NCBI GenBank assembly: GCA_020050965.1
Contig: JAGVJV010000006.1
Span: 1-34,388, forward strand
Length of the DNA: 34,388 bases
Origin: Parachlamydiales bacterium
GTDB taxonomy: Bacteria > Chlamydiota > Chlamydiia > Chlamydiales > Rhabdochlamydiaceae
Reading direction: 5' to 3'
Part shown: positions 23,953-32,147 of the stretch, piece after piece
Numbering within the stretch: the first letter of the stretch is position 1
Layout of the letters: each line of letters opens with the position of its first letter
Made by a program: the position numbers and the translations under genes
Notes under the pieces: model-generated
Told to the model about the DNA's origin: nothing
What the model saw: only the letters and a program-made list of their open reading frames with translations
The model's database searches: none

Positions 23953-24482
23953 TGTCAGGAATCAAAAATATTAAAGAAAAATCTAAAATGCACTTAGATG
24001 AAATGTTTGATTCTAAGTCGGTTGGCAAGCCAGACGTACAGAAAGATGGCAACCCAGAAGTCAAACAAACCAACCAGCTGGACAGCCAGCAAACCATGCA
24101 CCCTGTCAGCCAGACGGCCACTCTCCCAGAAGTCCAGCCACCCGTCTCACCTTCTTTCCAGCAAGCTGCAATACCATTACCCCATCCAGTTGGCCATACA
24201 GCAGTCCATCCTGTTGGAAGAATGGAGACCCAAGAAGATATTAGACCAGAAATTCAGCCATCCAGACAACCATCCATCTTCTCAACAAAACAATCAAAAA
24301 ATCAAAAAATCCAAACCTATAAGATGACTTTCAACATAAGAGAGGACATCCATAAAGCATTTCATGATCTCTATGCAAATCGAATACTGCAGGGGAGAGC
24401 TACTGAAAAATCGGAAATGATCTGCGAAGCAATTCAATTGCTCATCAGCATGGAAGAGCCCCCAGCAACCCCAATTAGGTAG
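23952..24482 (+). CDS. Partition adaptor candidate: disordered Q/P/H-rich N-terminus plus C-terminal RHH (ParG-like)
   Basis: 176 aa with TAATG overlap with parA. C-terminal KMTFNIREDIHKAFHDLYANRILQGRATEKSEMICEAIQLL looks like an RHH fold. Position immediately after parA. Confidence 0.5.
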   Translation: MSGIKNIKEKSKMHLDEMFDSKSVGKPDVQKDGNPEVKQTNQLDSQQTMHPVSQTATLPEVQPPVSPSFQQAAIPLPHPVGHTAVHPVGRMETQEDIRPEIQPSRQPSIFSTKQSKNQKIQTYKMTFNIREDIHKAFHDLYANRILQGRATEKSEMICEAIQLLISMEEPPATPIR

Positions 24483-24519
24483 CTCACGATAAAAAATACG
24501 GTACTCAAGAGGATTCGAT

Positions 24520-26862
24520 ATGATCGACAATTTGGCCAAAGAAAAACTAAAAGCATTCATCCGAATAGAAGACGTCATCGATCACCTCGATCTTCGCCAC
24601 AAATTAGGACTAAAGCATGTTGGGGGCTATTTAGTAGGGAAATGCGTTGCAGGGCATGAATCTAAAAGCGGTCAATGCTGTAAATTGGGGCCCGATTGGA
24701 GCCATCTGCACTGTTTCAGCTGTAACGAATCGTTTGATGCCATTGAGCTCGTACAGAGGGAAAAAGGGCTAAATTTCGTTGAATCCTGCCAATATCTTGC
24801 TGAAACTTTTCGATCTGACCTACTCGAAGAGCTTAAAAAAAGCAATTTTTCAGCTGCAGCGCCCAAGCAAAGCTATGCTTTATCTCATCTCTACGAAATG
24901 GTCTTTCAGTATGGAAAAGAGCTCCTCTTTACCGAGAAGGGGAAAGATGCTTTAGATTATCTCGTAAAAGTCAGAGGATATGATCCAACCAAACTCCAAA
25001 TTACGGAATGGGTATATTGGCCTAAGGATGCTGAAATAAGAAAGCATTTGAAGTCCAAACTCCCCAAGGAAAGGCAAGAAGAAGCGGATTCGATCAAGCT
25101 CAATGGAAATGGTGGCGATTTATTTAGGGTTGCCCTTCCTTACAGAGATCGCTTTGGTAAAATTCTTGGGTTTGCAAAAAGAGCTGCAATCAAAGAGGGG
25201 GTCGCGGACGCCGAAGGGAAAATGCATCGATGGAGCTATACAGCCGGTCTAAAGAAAGACGACCCCTTCAATATTTGCAGATGTAAACGCGAAAAACATC
25301 TCATCTTGGTAGAAGGGCTTCCCGACGCCGCCTATCTTCCCAGCGTAGGCATCAAAAACATTATAGCTACCGGACAAGGTGACCTCTCTGTTAAACATAT
25401 CGAAAGCCTAAAAGTTTATGAAATCGAGAGCGTCGTCATCGTTTTTGATAATGACGCTAAGGATAGCAAAGGGGAAATAGGTTCTATTGAGAAGGCAAAG
25501 AAGGCAGCGGATCTTCTTGAGAAAAATGAGATCAAAGCATTTATTCTGCCACCTCATCTCCTATCACCATTCAAAGATCCAGATGAGTACGTTAAAGCAA
25601 ATGGTCCAGAAGCCTTTAAAAAGCTCGTTGAAGAAAAGGCATTGGCTCGCGTTAGATGGCTTCCTTCGTACTTTGCCTACAAACATGATCTTGGAACAGA
25701 CATAGGACGTTTTACGGCCCTTGGCGGCGTTTCTAAAGCTTACTCTCAGATCCATGATGAGTTTGAAAGAAGCCTTTTCAAGCAAGAAATCGAGAATACC
25801 TTCCGATTGAACCCCGCCGAGAGCGAGGGCATTCTAGCAAAAGCTCTAAAAGAGCAGAAAGTTCAGGATGCGGTCGAAAAACAGAAGCAATCGGTTGAAG
25901 AAGCTCAAAAATTGCTCTCTCAAGGGGACTTTCTCAAAGCAACGCAGCTTCTTTCTCAGTTGAATAAAGAAGGGAAAAACGACGACGTCTACGTCAAACC
26001 TTATACCATAGACAACTTAAGGGAAGATTTATCCAAAATCCCCGAAGGGTTAAAAACAGGCTATAAATCTCTCGATAAAACAGTCTTAATGCCTCAAGGC
26101 GCCATCACAATCGTTGCAGGAAGACCTTCCCACGGCAAAACGACCACTCTTCTGAATTTCATTGTGAACATGGTCAAACTTTATCCTGATAGGGAGTTTT
26201 ACTTCTTTTCCTATGAGGAACCAAAAAACCAAATACTTTTAAAAATTCTTAACATTCTAGCCGGAGAATGTGTTAATGAAACCAGCAACCTCTCTAATTT
26301 AGAAGGATATGTAAGAGGGGGCCTGAATAAATTATCTAAGGTTAATGAAGCAATGTCTCTTTTACAGTCATGGACGGAAAGTCATCGGTTGGTTGTATGC
26401 GATCATCCATTTTTCGTAGATGATTTAAGCAGAGAGATTGGGCGTCTCAAGGAAAGAGGAAAATTAGGCGCTGTTTTCATTGATTACATGCAAAAAGTAA
26501 AATTTCGTGGTAAATCCTCCTCTAGACAATTAGAGCTGCAAAAAATTTCAGAAACCATTCTTGAAGCAGCCAAATTTTATTCTATCCCTATCATTCTAGG
26601 AGCCCAGCTCGGCAGAGGTAATACTAAAGCAGAAGTGTTACGAATGGATAACATACGTGAAGCGGGCGATATCGAGAACGACTCAAAGGTTATCCTAGGC
26701 ATCTGGAACGAGGCTAAAGAAGCAGCAGATACCAAGGGAGTTCCTTTAAGCAGAATGGTTGATTTCGACCTTGTAGTACTTAAAAATCGAAACGGCCTTT
26801 CCAATCATACCGTCTCCCTAACCTTCGATAGACCTTTATCCACTTTAAAAGAAAAGAGCTGA
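24520..26862 (+). CDS. Bifunctional DNA primase / DnaB-like replicative helicase
   Basis: 780 aa. CHC2-type zinc finger (CVAGHES...HCFSCNESFDAIELV). Toprim motifs (LILVEGLPDAAY, VVIVFDNDAKD). C-terminal helicase Walker A (GRPSHGKTT) and Walker B-like AVFIDYMQ. Confidence 0.85.
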   Translation: MIDNLAKEKLKAFIRIEDVIDHLDLRHKLGLKHVGGYLVGKCVAGHESKSGQCCKLGPDWSHLHCFSCNESFDAIELVQREKGLNFVESCQYLAETFRSDLLEELKKSNFSAAAPKQSYALSHLYEMVFQYGKELLFTEKGKDALDYLVKVRGYDPTKLQITEWVYWPKDAEIRKHLKSKLPKERQEEADSIKLNGNGGDLFRVALPYRDRFGKILGFAKRAAIKEGVADAEGKMHRWSYTAGLKKDDPFNICRCKREKHLILVEGLPDAAYLPSVGIKNIIATGQGDLSVKHIESLKVYEIESVVIVFDNDAKDSKGEIGSIEKAKKAADLLEKNEIKAFILPPHLLSPFKDPDEYVKANGPEAFKKLVEEKALARVRWLPSYFAYKHDLGTDIGRFTALGGVSKAYSQIHDEFERSLFKQEIENTFRLNPAESEGILAKALKEQKVQDAVEKQKQSVEEAQKLLSQGDFLKATQLLSQLNKEGKNDDVYVKPYTIDNLREDLSKIPEGLKTGYKSLDKTVLMPQGAITIVAGRPSHGKTTTLLNFIVNMVKLYPDREFYFFSYEEPKNQILLKILNILAGECVNETSNLSNLEGYVRGGLNKLSKVNEAMSLLQSWTESHRLVVCDHPFFVDDLSREIGRLKERGKLGAVFIDYMQKVKFRGKSSSRQLELQKISETILEAAKFYSIPIILGAQLGRGNTKAEVLRMDNIREAGDIENDSKVILGIWNEAKEAADTKGVPLSRMVDFDLVVLKNRNGLSNHTVSLTFDRPLSTLKEKS

Positions 26863-26867
26863 TCTTC

Positions 26868-28511
26868 ATGGAAAAAATAAAAAAAAATAAAAAGAAACCT
26901 GCTAAGGAAGAGAAGAAAAAAACACTGCCAGTAGAAGCTAGCATTGAACCCGACTATCAACTATCCGTAGTAAAAAAGAAGCTACATGTCGTAGATAATA
27001 GAACGGGAAAAACCATCAACATCAACACGATCGAAGACCTGCAATTACTCGGAGTGTCGCTGGGTGAAGTTGGGGGAGCCGAAAGTACATGGGAATCTGT
27101 TGCTTCTTCTATCCAAAATTTCTCTCCTAATCAACTAGCCTCCTTAAAAAACATACTCGGTGGAATGGCTCCTACAGCCCAGCGCGTATTAATCGAAGAA
27201 GCGATTCAAAAAATCGTAAAACACTCCTCAAACAAAGATACTTTTGCCCTTCCTTCTCATCCTCTGATGTTCACTTTGCTAGCCATGTTTGCGGGAAAGC
27301 CAGACATGATCCCAAGACGTCTATTGACCAAGCCTTATTCAGAATGGAATGAGACGGAGCAGAAAGAAGCTGAAGAATTCTTTTCATCGATCATAAAAAT
27401 CGAAAAAACAACGAGCTATGATAGCGGAAAAGAAGAAACCAGTTCGAAACACATTGCTGTCATCAGTGACAACCCTAAGGTGGAAGCTTCTGCTCAAATC
27501 GATATCTCATTGTTTAAGTCTGATGTCCGCTTCAGGGAAGTGAGCTTAGCTCTATATATCAAACGCACATTTGGAGCCGAGGGACTTCGGCATCTCTTAG
27601 GTCTATTGATCGGTTTGGAGGAGAATTTTAGGAATGGGCACTTTATTTGGAGCGTGAATGATCATTTAGCGCGTTTGGGGCACAAAAAAAAGGCTAACGG
27701 ATCCTATGACCACGAACTGAAAAAAACGGCGAGTGAAATCATCCGAATTTTTCAAAGCCTTTTCATCACAGCTCGTAGAAAAGATGGTAAAAGCGAAACC
27801 GTTAGAGGTGAACGCCTATTCAGCATCGATGGTTTTCAGCAAGAAATATTCGATAAGGTCATCATCGATGAAAAAATTAAGCTACGCGCTACAGATTTCT
27901 GGTATAAAAACGCATTTGAACCCAAAGATGGCCAATCAGCAAAATATACCAAGCTGCTTAAGAAGATCGCCCAGGAAAATCACAGGCTCCATCCTCTCAC
28001 GATTTATCTAACCCCTCTATTGGCAATCTTTTGGAGAATGAGTCCTCAACAGAAAATCTCTGTTACTAACTTGATGGATTGGTGCCATTTGGGATCCGAT
28101 AGCCGGTATAAGATGAGGGATCTCAGATCATTAGAATCTGAGCTCAACTACATGAAAGAACATGGTTACTTGGGGGAATGGTCTCATGCTGGAGAAAAAG
28201 CTCTCCCTTCAGATTGTGAAAACCCCTTCAATTGCTCTTTGACCCTTACTCCGCCTGAATGGTTTGGTCAAGAAATTGGACGTATCAAATCCAATAAAGA
28301 AATTCCAGCTTTAGAGCATAAAAAAGAAGACAAATTGGTCGACTTTGAAGAATTTAAAGAAATTTACAAACGTTCGAGTTTGAATGTTAGACAGTTTGGT
28401 AATCACATAGGCATTACTGGACAAATGGTTAGCTATCTCCTCAATGAAAAACGGCAAATCAGCAAAGAAGTCTCGGACAAGGTGAGGGCTTTTGCTAAAA
28501 AGTATGACTAG
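26868..28511 (+). CDS. Putative replication initiator (orphan Rep) with C-terminal HTH
   Basis: 547 aa with a Lys-rich N-terminus. C-terminal NVRQFGNHIGITGQMVSYLLNEKRQIS looks like an XRE-type HTH. Lies immediately upstream of the iteron array. No family recognised. Confidence 0.5.
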   Translation: MEKIKKNKKKPAKEEKKKTLPVEASIEPDYQLSVVKKKLHVVDNRTGKTININTIEDLQLLGVSLGEVGGAESTWESVASSIQNFSPNQLASLKNILGGMAPTAQRVLIEEAIQKIVKHSSNKDTFALPSHPLMFTLLAMFAGKPDMIPRRLLTKPYSEWNETEQKEAEEFFSSIIKIEKTTSYDSGKEETSSKHIAVISDNPKVEASAQIDISLFKSDVRFREVSLALYIKRTFGAEGLRHLLGLLIGLEENFRNGHFIWSVNDHLARLGHKKKANGSYDHELKKTASEIIRIFQSLFITARRKDGKSETVRGERLFSIDGFQQEIFDKVIIDEKIKLRATDFWYKNAFEPKDGQSAKYTKLLKKIAQENHRLHPLTIYLTPLLAIFWRMSPQQKISVTNLMDWCHLGSDSRYKMRDLRSLESELNYMKEHGYLGEWSHAGEKALPSDCENPFNCSLTLTPPEWFGQEIGRIKSNKEIPALEHKKEDKLVDFEEFKEIYKRSSLNVRQFGNHIGITGQMVSYLLNEKRQISKEVSDKVRAFAKKYD

Positions 28512-28610
28512 ACAAGAACGACCCTTCTCAGTCACACAAAAAGAGAAGGGGAGCGCCCCTGTCTTCTTGAACTTAAGAGAGAAATTTCTCCCTTTAGAAC
28601 AAAATGGCTT

Positions 28611-29651
28611 TGTAAACAAGCGTAAACCAAATCGACCCTCATCTTTCACAGTTTGTCAACCAAATCGACCTTCCTTAATCGCAACATCGCCCCTCTTCAA
28701 TCACCACACCGCCCCCCTTGGATCACTGGGTGTTTTGCAAGTAGCTGATTTTGTGTGGCTTATCATCAAGTAAACAGCTCTAATTATATTCAACGAGAAT
28801 ATAAAATGTTTACAGCTATCGCAGTAAACAAAAGTCTCTCTCCCGCTTCGCTTCGAGAGACATGAAAAAAACTAATCTGAAGGAAAAACTCTTTTCGATG
28901 CTTCTTGTAAACAAGCGTAAACAAAAACGACCTTCATCCTTCACAAAAGAAGAGTCAACTTTTGATGATCCTGATGCTGATTTCTTGAACTGACAAAGTG
29001 TAAAAAAACTCTTGAAATAGAGAGGGTTCTGTAAAAATTTTAAACCCTAGCTTTACGAGAAAGAGGGTTTAGGAAACTAGAAAGTCTGTAAACAAATGTA
29101 AACAAGATCGACCTCCATCCATCACAAAGCGCCATTTTCAATTTCAGACATGCACTTTTTTCTACTAAAATGCTCAATGGAAAATTAGGTTCCTCTAAAA
29201 GAAGAAGTAGTTTGTAAACAAGCGTAAACAAAAACGACCCTCATCTTTCACACGGTCTCGACACGAATACGGCTTTCTGTAAACAGAAGCGACCCGTTTC
29301 ATTCACATTTTACGACCTTCTTCAATCACAGATTAGCTTTATTAAAGAGGCGCATCTTTTTAAAAATAAGAAGCTTGAGCATTCATTCAAAAAAGAAGTG
29401 GTATAAGCGGTCCTCGATTAGCTTGTAAACAAGATCGATAAAGTAGATCTCACTCCAGCTTGGATTGCTCCAGTAAGGTTTTTGTAAACAGCCGTAAACA
29501 AAAACGACCTCTTTCCTTCACATAAATAAACGAGACTCATTGAGATCGTCAGCTTAACCCTTTACTCGGGGAAAGTCTAGTTCCCCATGGAAAAGAAGCC
29601 TCTTTTGAGCTTGTAAACAGCTGTAAACAAAATCGACCTTTATCTTTCACA
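28611..29651 (+). repeat. Iteron array (candidate replication origin)
   Basis: Six full 40-bp direct repeats at 28611-28650, 28906-28945, 29087-29126, 29213-29252, 29483-29522 and 29612-29651. Consensus is TGTAAACAAGCGTAAACAAAAWCGACCYTCATCYTTCACA. Partial copies at 28654-28683, 29278-29307, 29312-29330 and 29424-29453. All are in the same orientation with irregular spacing. Confidence 0.8.
28769..28861. promoter_or_regulatory. AT-rich palindrome flanked by inverted iteron half-sites, plus a second hairpin (possible origin core)
   Basis: GTAAACA 28770-76 and its inverse TGTTTAC 28807-13 flank TTATATTC-aacga-GAATATAA (28784-28804). GTCTCTC 28834-40 / GAGAGAC 28855-61 enclose CGCTTCGCTTCG. Confidence 0.3.
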
Positions 29652-29867
29652 CTCCCCATATAATAGGTTGGACATCCAAGTTTCCATATTGCCATCTTCT
29701 TGGATTGCTGGGTGTATGGTAGGTAGTTAAGCTGGTAAGAGGGGAGTGTGGTAGACGGGTAGTCCATACTTACAACCATCTGTCTGTTTTTCTTTCCATC
29801 CATACAACCAGCTTTATGTTTAGCTGGCCATCTGGATTGTTTCTTGAACGGTCGGATGGGAGGATTG

Positions 29868-30746
29868 TTATCCTCGAGATAGGAGGTCTTCAAGGATTTT
29901 CCAGCAACGCTTTGATTCAAAATTGTCTGGATTGGTATTTCCGGCTGCCGTGATAAGAGCCTTCCATAAAGTCCAGGCTTTACCTCGTACCCACGTGTGC
30001 TCATCTAGGGGGAGGGCTTTGCGTAAAGCTTTTCTGCTTTCTCCGTGAAAGAAAGTCCAAGCGATTGAAAGATCGCAAGAAGGATCACCAACGGCCATTT
30101 GCCCAAAATCGATTACCGCAGAGAGGCAACCATCACGGATAAGCAAATTTCCCGGACTAAGATCGCCGTGGATCCATACATTTGGTCTTTCCCAGCGTGA
30201 GGCAAGAGCTTTTTCCCAGAGTTCGATTGCGCTCTGCGCATCGATTCTGTCTTTGAGAGTTTCTATGGCTTTCCTTGTTTCGGCGTCGTAATAGTGGAGA
30301 GGGGAGCCTCGATAAAAACTATGAAAGCCGGGGAGTGGGCCGTTTTTTGCATCAATGGAATGTAGAGCGCTGAGGAACTTCGCGAGATCCTTAGCAAGCG
30401 CTACAAGATCGATTTTAGTGGCTCCGGATGCTGGAGTTCCTTCGATCCATCGTCTGATCGACCATCTCCACGGATAGCCTTCTCCTGGCATTCCTATGGC
30501 AATTGATTGAGGAATCTCAAAAGGAAGAAGGGGAGCGAGCTTTGGAAGCCAAAAATGTTCTTTTTCTACTTGTGGCTCATAGGCTTCTGCACTTGGCATC
30601 CTTATAAGCATCTCAGTACCTAGATGGAAAGTCCTATTGTCCCAGCCTCCAAGGGCCACAGGATCAATGCGCAGATCCTTCCATTGTGGGAATTGGGCTG
30701 CAATTAGCCGGTGTGCAAGCTCTGCGTTTATTTTAGATTTATCCAT
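29868..30746 (-). CDS. APH-family (aminoglycoside phosphotransferase-like) small-molecule kinase
   Basis: 292 aa. GGWDNRTFHLG near the N-terminus. Catalytic loop WIHGDLSPGNLL and metal-binding VIDFGQMAVGDPSCDL are typical of the phosphotransferase enzyme family. The substrate cannot be inferred. Confidence 0.8.
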   Translation of the reverse strand: MDKSKINAELAHRLIAAQFPQWKDLRIDPVALGGWDNRTFHLGTEMLIRMPSAEAYEPQVEKEHFWLPKLAPLLPFEIPQSIAIGMPGEGYPWRWSIRRWIEGTPASGATKIDLVALAKDLAKFLSALHSIDAKNGPLPGFHSFYRGSPLHYYDAETRKAIETLKDRIDAQSAIELWEKALASRWERPNVWIHGDLSPGNLLIRDGCLSAVIDFGQMAVGDPSCDLSIAWTFFHGESRKALRKALPLDEHTWVRGKAWTLWKALITAAGNTNPDNFESKRCWKILEDLLSRG

Positions 30747-31018
30747 TGCTGATGCTCAATCAAATTGACTTGAGGATTAGATAGAGTGTAAAAGAATGGT
30801 GTGATAATAGCTCGGATTCTATGAGAAAGCAGTTTGTTTCTTTTAGCGCTGTTGACGTTGTAAGTTCTTGAAATCCTTAATAATCAATGACTTACACAAC
30901 ATAATTAGCATTATCAGACGTTGAATAAACGACTCAAAAGCCCTCTTGCAGCCCCAAAGCCTCCTATTACCCCAAGGACCCATCGAATGGACAACCTAAA
31001 CCTAAACATGGGGGCGTT

Positions 31019-31240
31019 ATGCTTTACAATTTTATTTCTCTCGTTGCTCTGTCTATGCTTTTAACTGGATGCGCTCAGCTCCTTCCTGGTCTTTTTTCGG
31101 CCGTGGAAGATATAGAAACCCAAGAAGCGATCACTCTCACTGTAGACAAAGAGGCATTCCAAAAGGACACCGACGTCAAAATCTCCATAGAGGTCACAAA
31201 TAAAGACCCTGTGGTGGTGACACCTCCTGCTGCTAAGTAG
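31019..31240 (+). CDS. Small lipoprotein
   Basis: 73 aa. Signal peptide with lipobox MLYNFISLVALSMLLTG|C. GGGGG lies upstream of the ATG. Confidence 0.55.
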   Translation: MLYNFISLVALSMLLTGCAQLLPGLFSAVEDIETQEAITLTVDKEAFQKDTDVKISIEVTNKDPVVVTPPAAK

Positions 31241-31243
31241 CCT

Positions 31244-32137
31244 CTAGGCTGAGGCTGCCAGGCTTTCAAATGGCAGTGATGGGGTGTTGGCAGGTGTCTG
31301 CGCTCCAACTTTGCCTTTTGCTCTCTTTTCAACGTTCTGCTGATCTGTTTTCCATTTATTGAAGGCAGTTAGGAATCCTGATTCATTGGAAACGGCCGAA
31401 TTGATAATTTGAGCTTCTGTCTTGTTGGTAGCCTGAGCGATTTTACGGACATAAGCCACCTTGTCGTCCTCGCACAGGTGTTTTTGGCAGAAATCCTCAT
31501 ACCCATCGGCTTTTTCTTGCTCGATTTGCTTTGGAGCTTCCTTTTGAGGTTCTTCCGGGGTTTTATAAACCTCTACTGAACGCGTGGCAAGATCAGGCAC
31601 TGCTGTTGGAATGGATCCGTCTTCTTCTCCGAGTTCTCCTATGGCATAGGCATTCATGATTACATCGGGCATGAATTTTCTTGATCCGCCGGAAAGGCAG
31701 CGGCTGAAAAGCATGTCCTTGGGTGACTTTTTCCAGTTATCTTTTCCAAGATAGCCGGCTTTTGCAGCCATTTCAATCGTATATTCATATTCAAATGTGC
31801 AGTTGTCTTTTGGACGGTCGGAGCGCCAGAATCTAATTCGGCATATTTTTTCATCGAGCTGCAAGACATCAGCTCTGTGGCCGGCATTCACAATCAGCAT
31901 GTTCATGAGCTGAGCGGAAAGGCTGACAAGCCCCGAAAAGGTGTACATGCCTCCATTCAGGCACATCATTAAAGGAAGGTTCATTTCTCTGGCCGTTAAA
32001 TAGATTGCGAGGACTCCGCCGGATCCGAGCTTTTGATAATAGGGGCAGGTAGCCAGGACTTTGCAAACTGAAATGACTTGATCCAACTCTTGGCCTACGG
32101 GCATTGAGAAGGAATTTCGAAGGGCTAGTTGATTCAT
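31244..32137 (-). CDS. recT: RecT-family single-strand annealing protein
   Basis: 297 aa. The central region (..GGVLAIYLTAREMNLPLMMCLNGGMYTF.. ..AAKAGYLGKDNWKKSPKDMLFSRCLSGGSRKFMPDVI) resembles RecT. Sits in an operon with a PD-(D/E)XK nuclease. Confidence 0.65.
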   Translation of the reverse strand: MNQLALRNSFSMPVGQELDQVISVCKVLATCPYYQKLGSGGVLAIYLTAREMNLPLMMCLNGGMYTFSGLVSLSAQLMNMLIVNAGHRADVLQLDEKICRIRFWRSDRPKDNCTFEYEYTIEMAAKAGYLGKDNWKKSPKDMLFSRCLSGGSRKFMPDVIMNAYAIGELGEEDGSIPTAVPDLATRSVEVYKTPEEPQKEAPKQIEQEKADGYEDFCQKHLCEDDKVAYVRKIAQATNKTEAQIINSAVSNESGFLTAFNKWKTDQQNVEKRAKGKVGAQTPANTPSLPFESLAASA

Positions 32138-32147
32138 GATTGACTCC

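Noticed and set aside
23933-24327. Alternative-frame and antisense ORFs inside the ParG-like gene (23998..24327 +, 23933..24121 -)
   Set aside because: Low-complexity region where several frames stay open. Only the 23952 frame is coupled to parA (TAATG) and ends in an RHH-like domain.
12029-27691. Homopolymeric A runs as phase-variation switches: A8 at 12029-12036 in a fibre gene, A9 at 26879-26887 and A8 at 27684-27691 in the Rep-like gene
   Set aside because: They encode Lys-rich stretches (EKKL, KKNKKK, HKKKA) that look like normal protein sequence. Without population data there is no evidence of length variation.
28611-29651. The direct-repeat array could be read as a CRISPR array
   Set aside because: Repeat copies are degenerate and the spacers are highly irregular (86-255 bp). 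Partial copies occur and no cas genes are present. The array directly follows a Rep-like gene, so iterons fit better.
28492-30004. Track ORFs 28492..28773 (+), 29040..29231 (-) and 29549..30004 (-), plus a 43-aa ORF at 28862 that translates an iteron as VNKRKQKRPSSFT
   Set aside because: They run through iterons or overlap the APH gene on the same strand in another frame, and lack convincing RBS or motifs. Repeat conservation is at the DNA level, not codon-like.
31239-31256. Hairpin AGCCTC-N6-GAGGCT at the convergent lipoprotein/recT gene ends, as a bidirectional terminator
   Set aside because: Only 6 bp, no flanking T or A runs, and it lies partly inside the recT coding end. Too weak to call.
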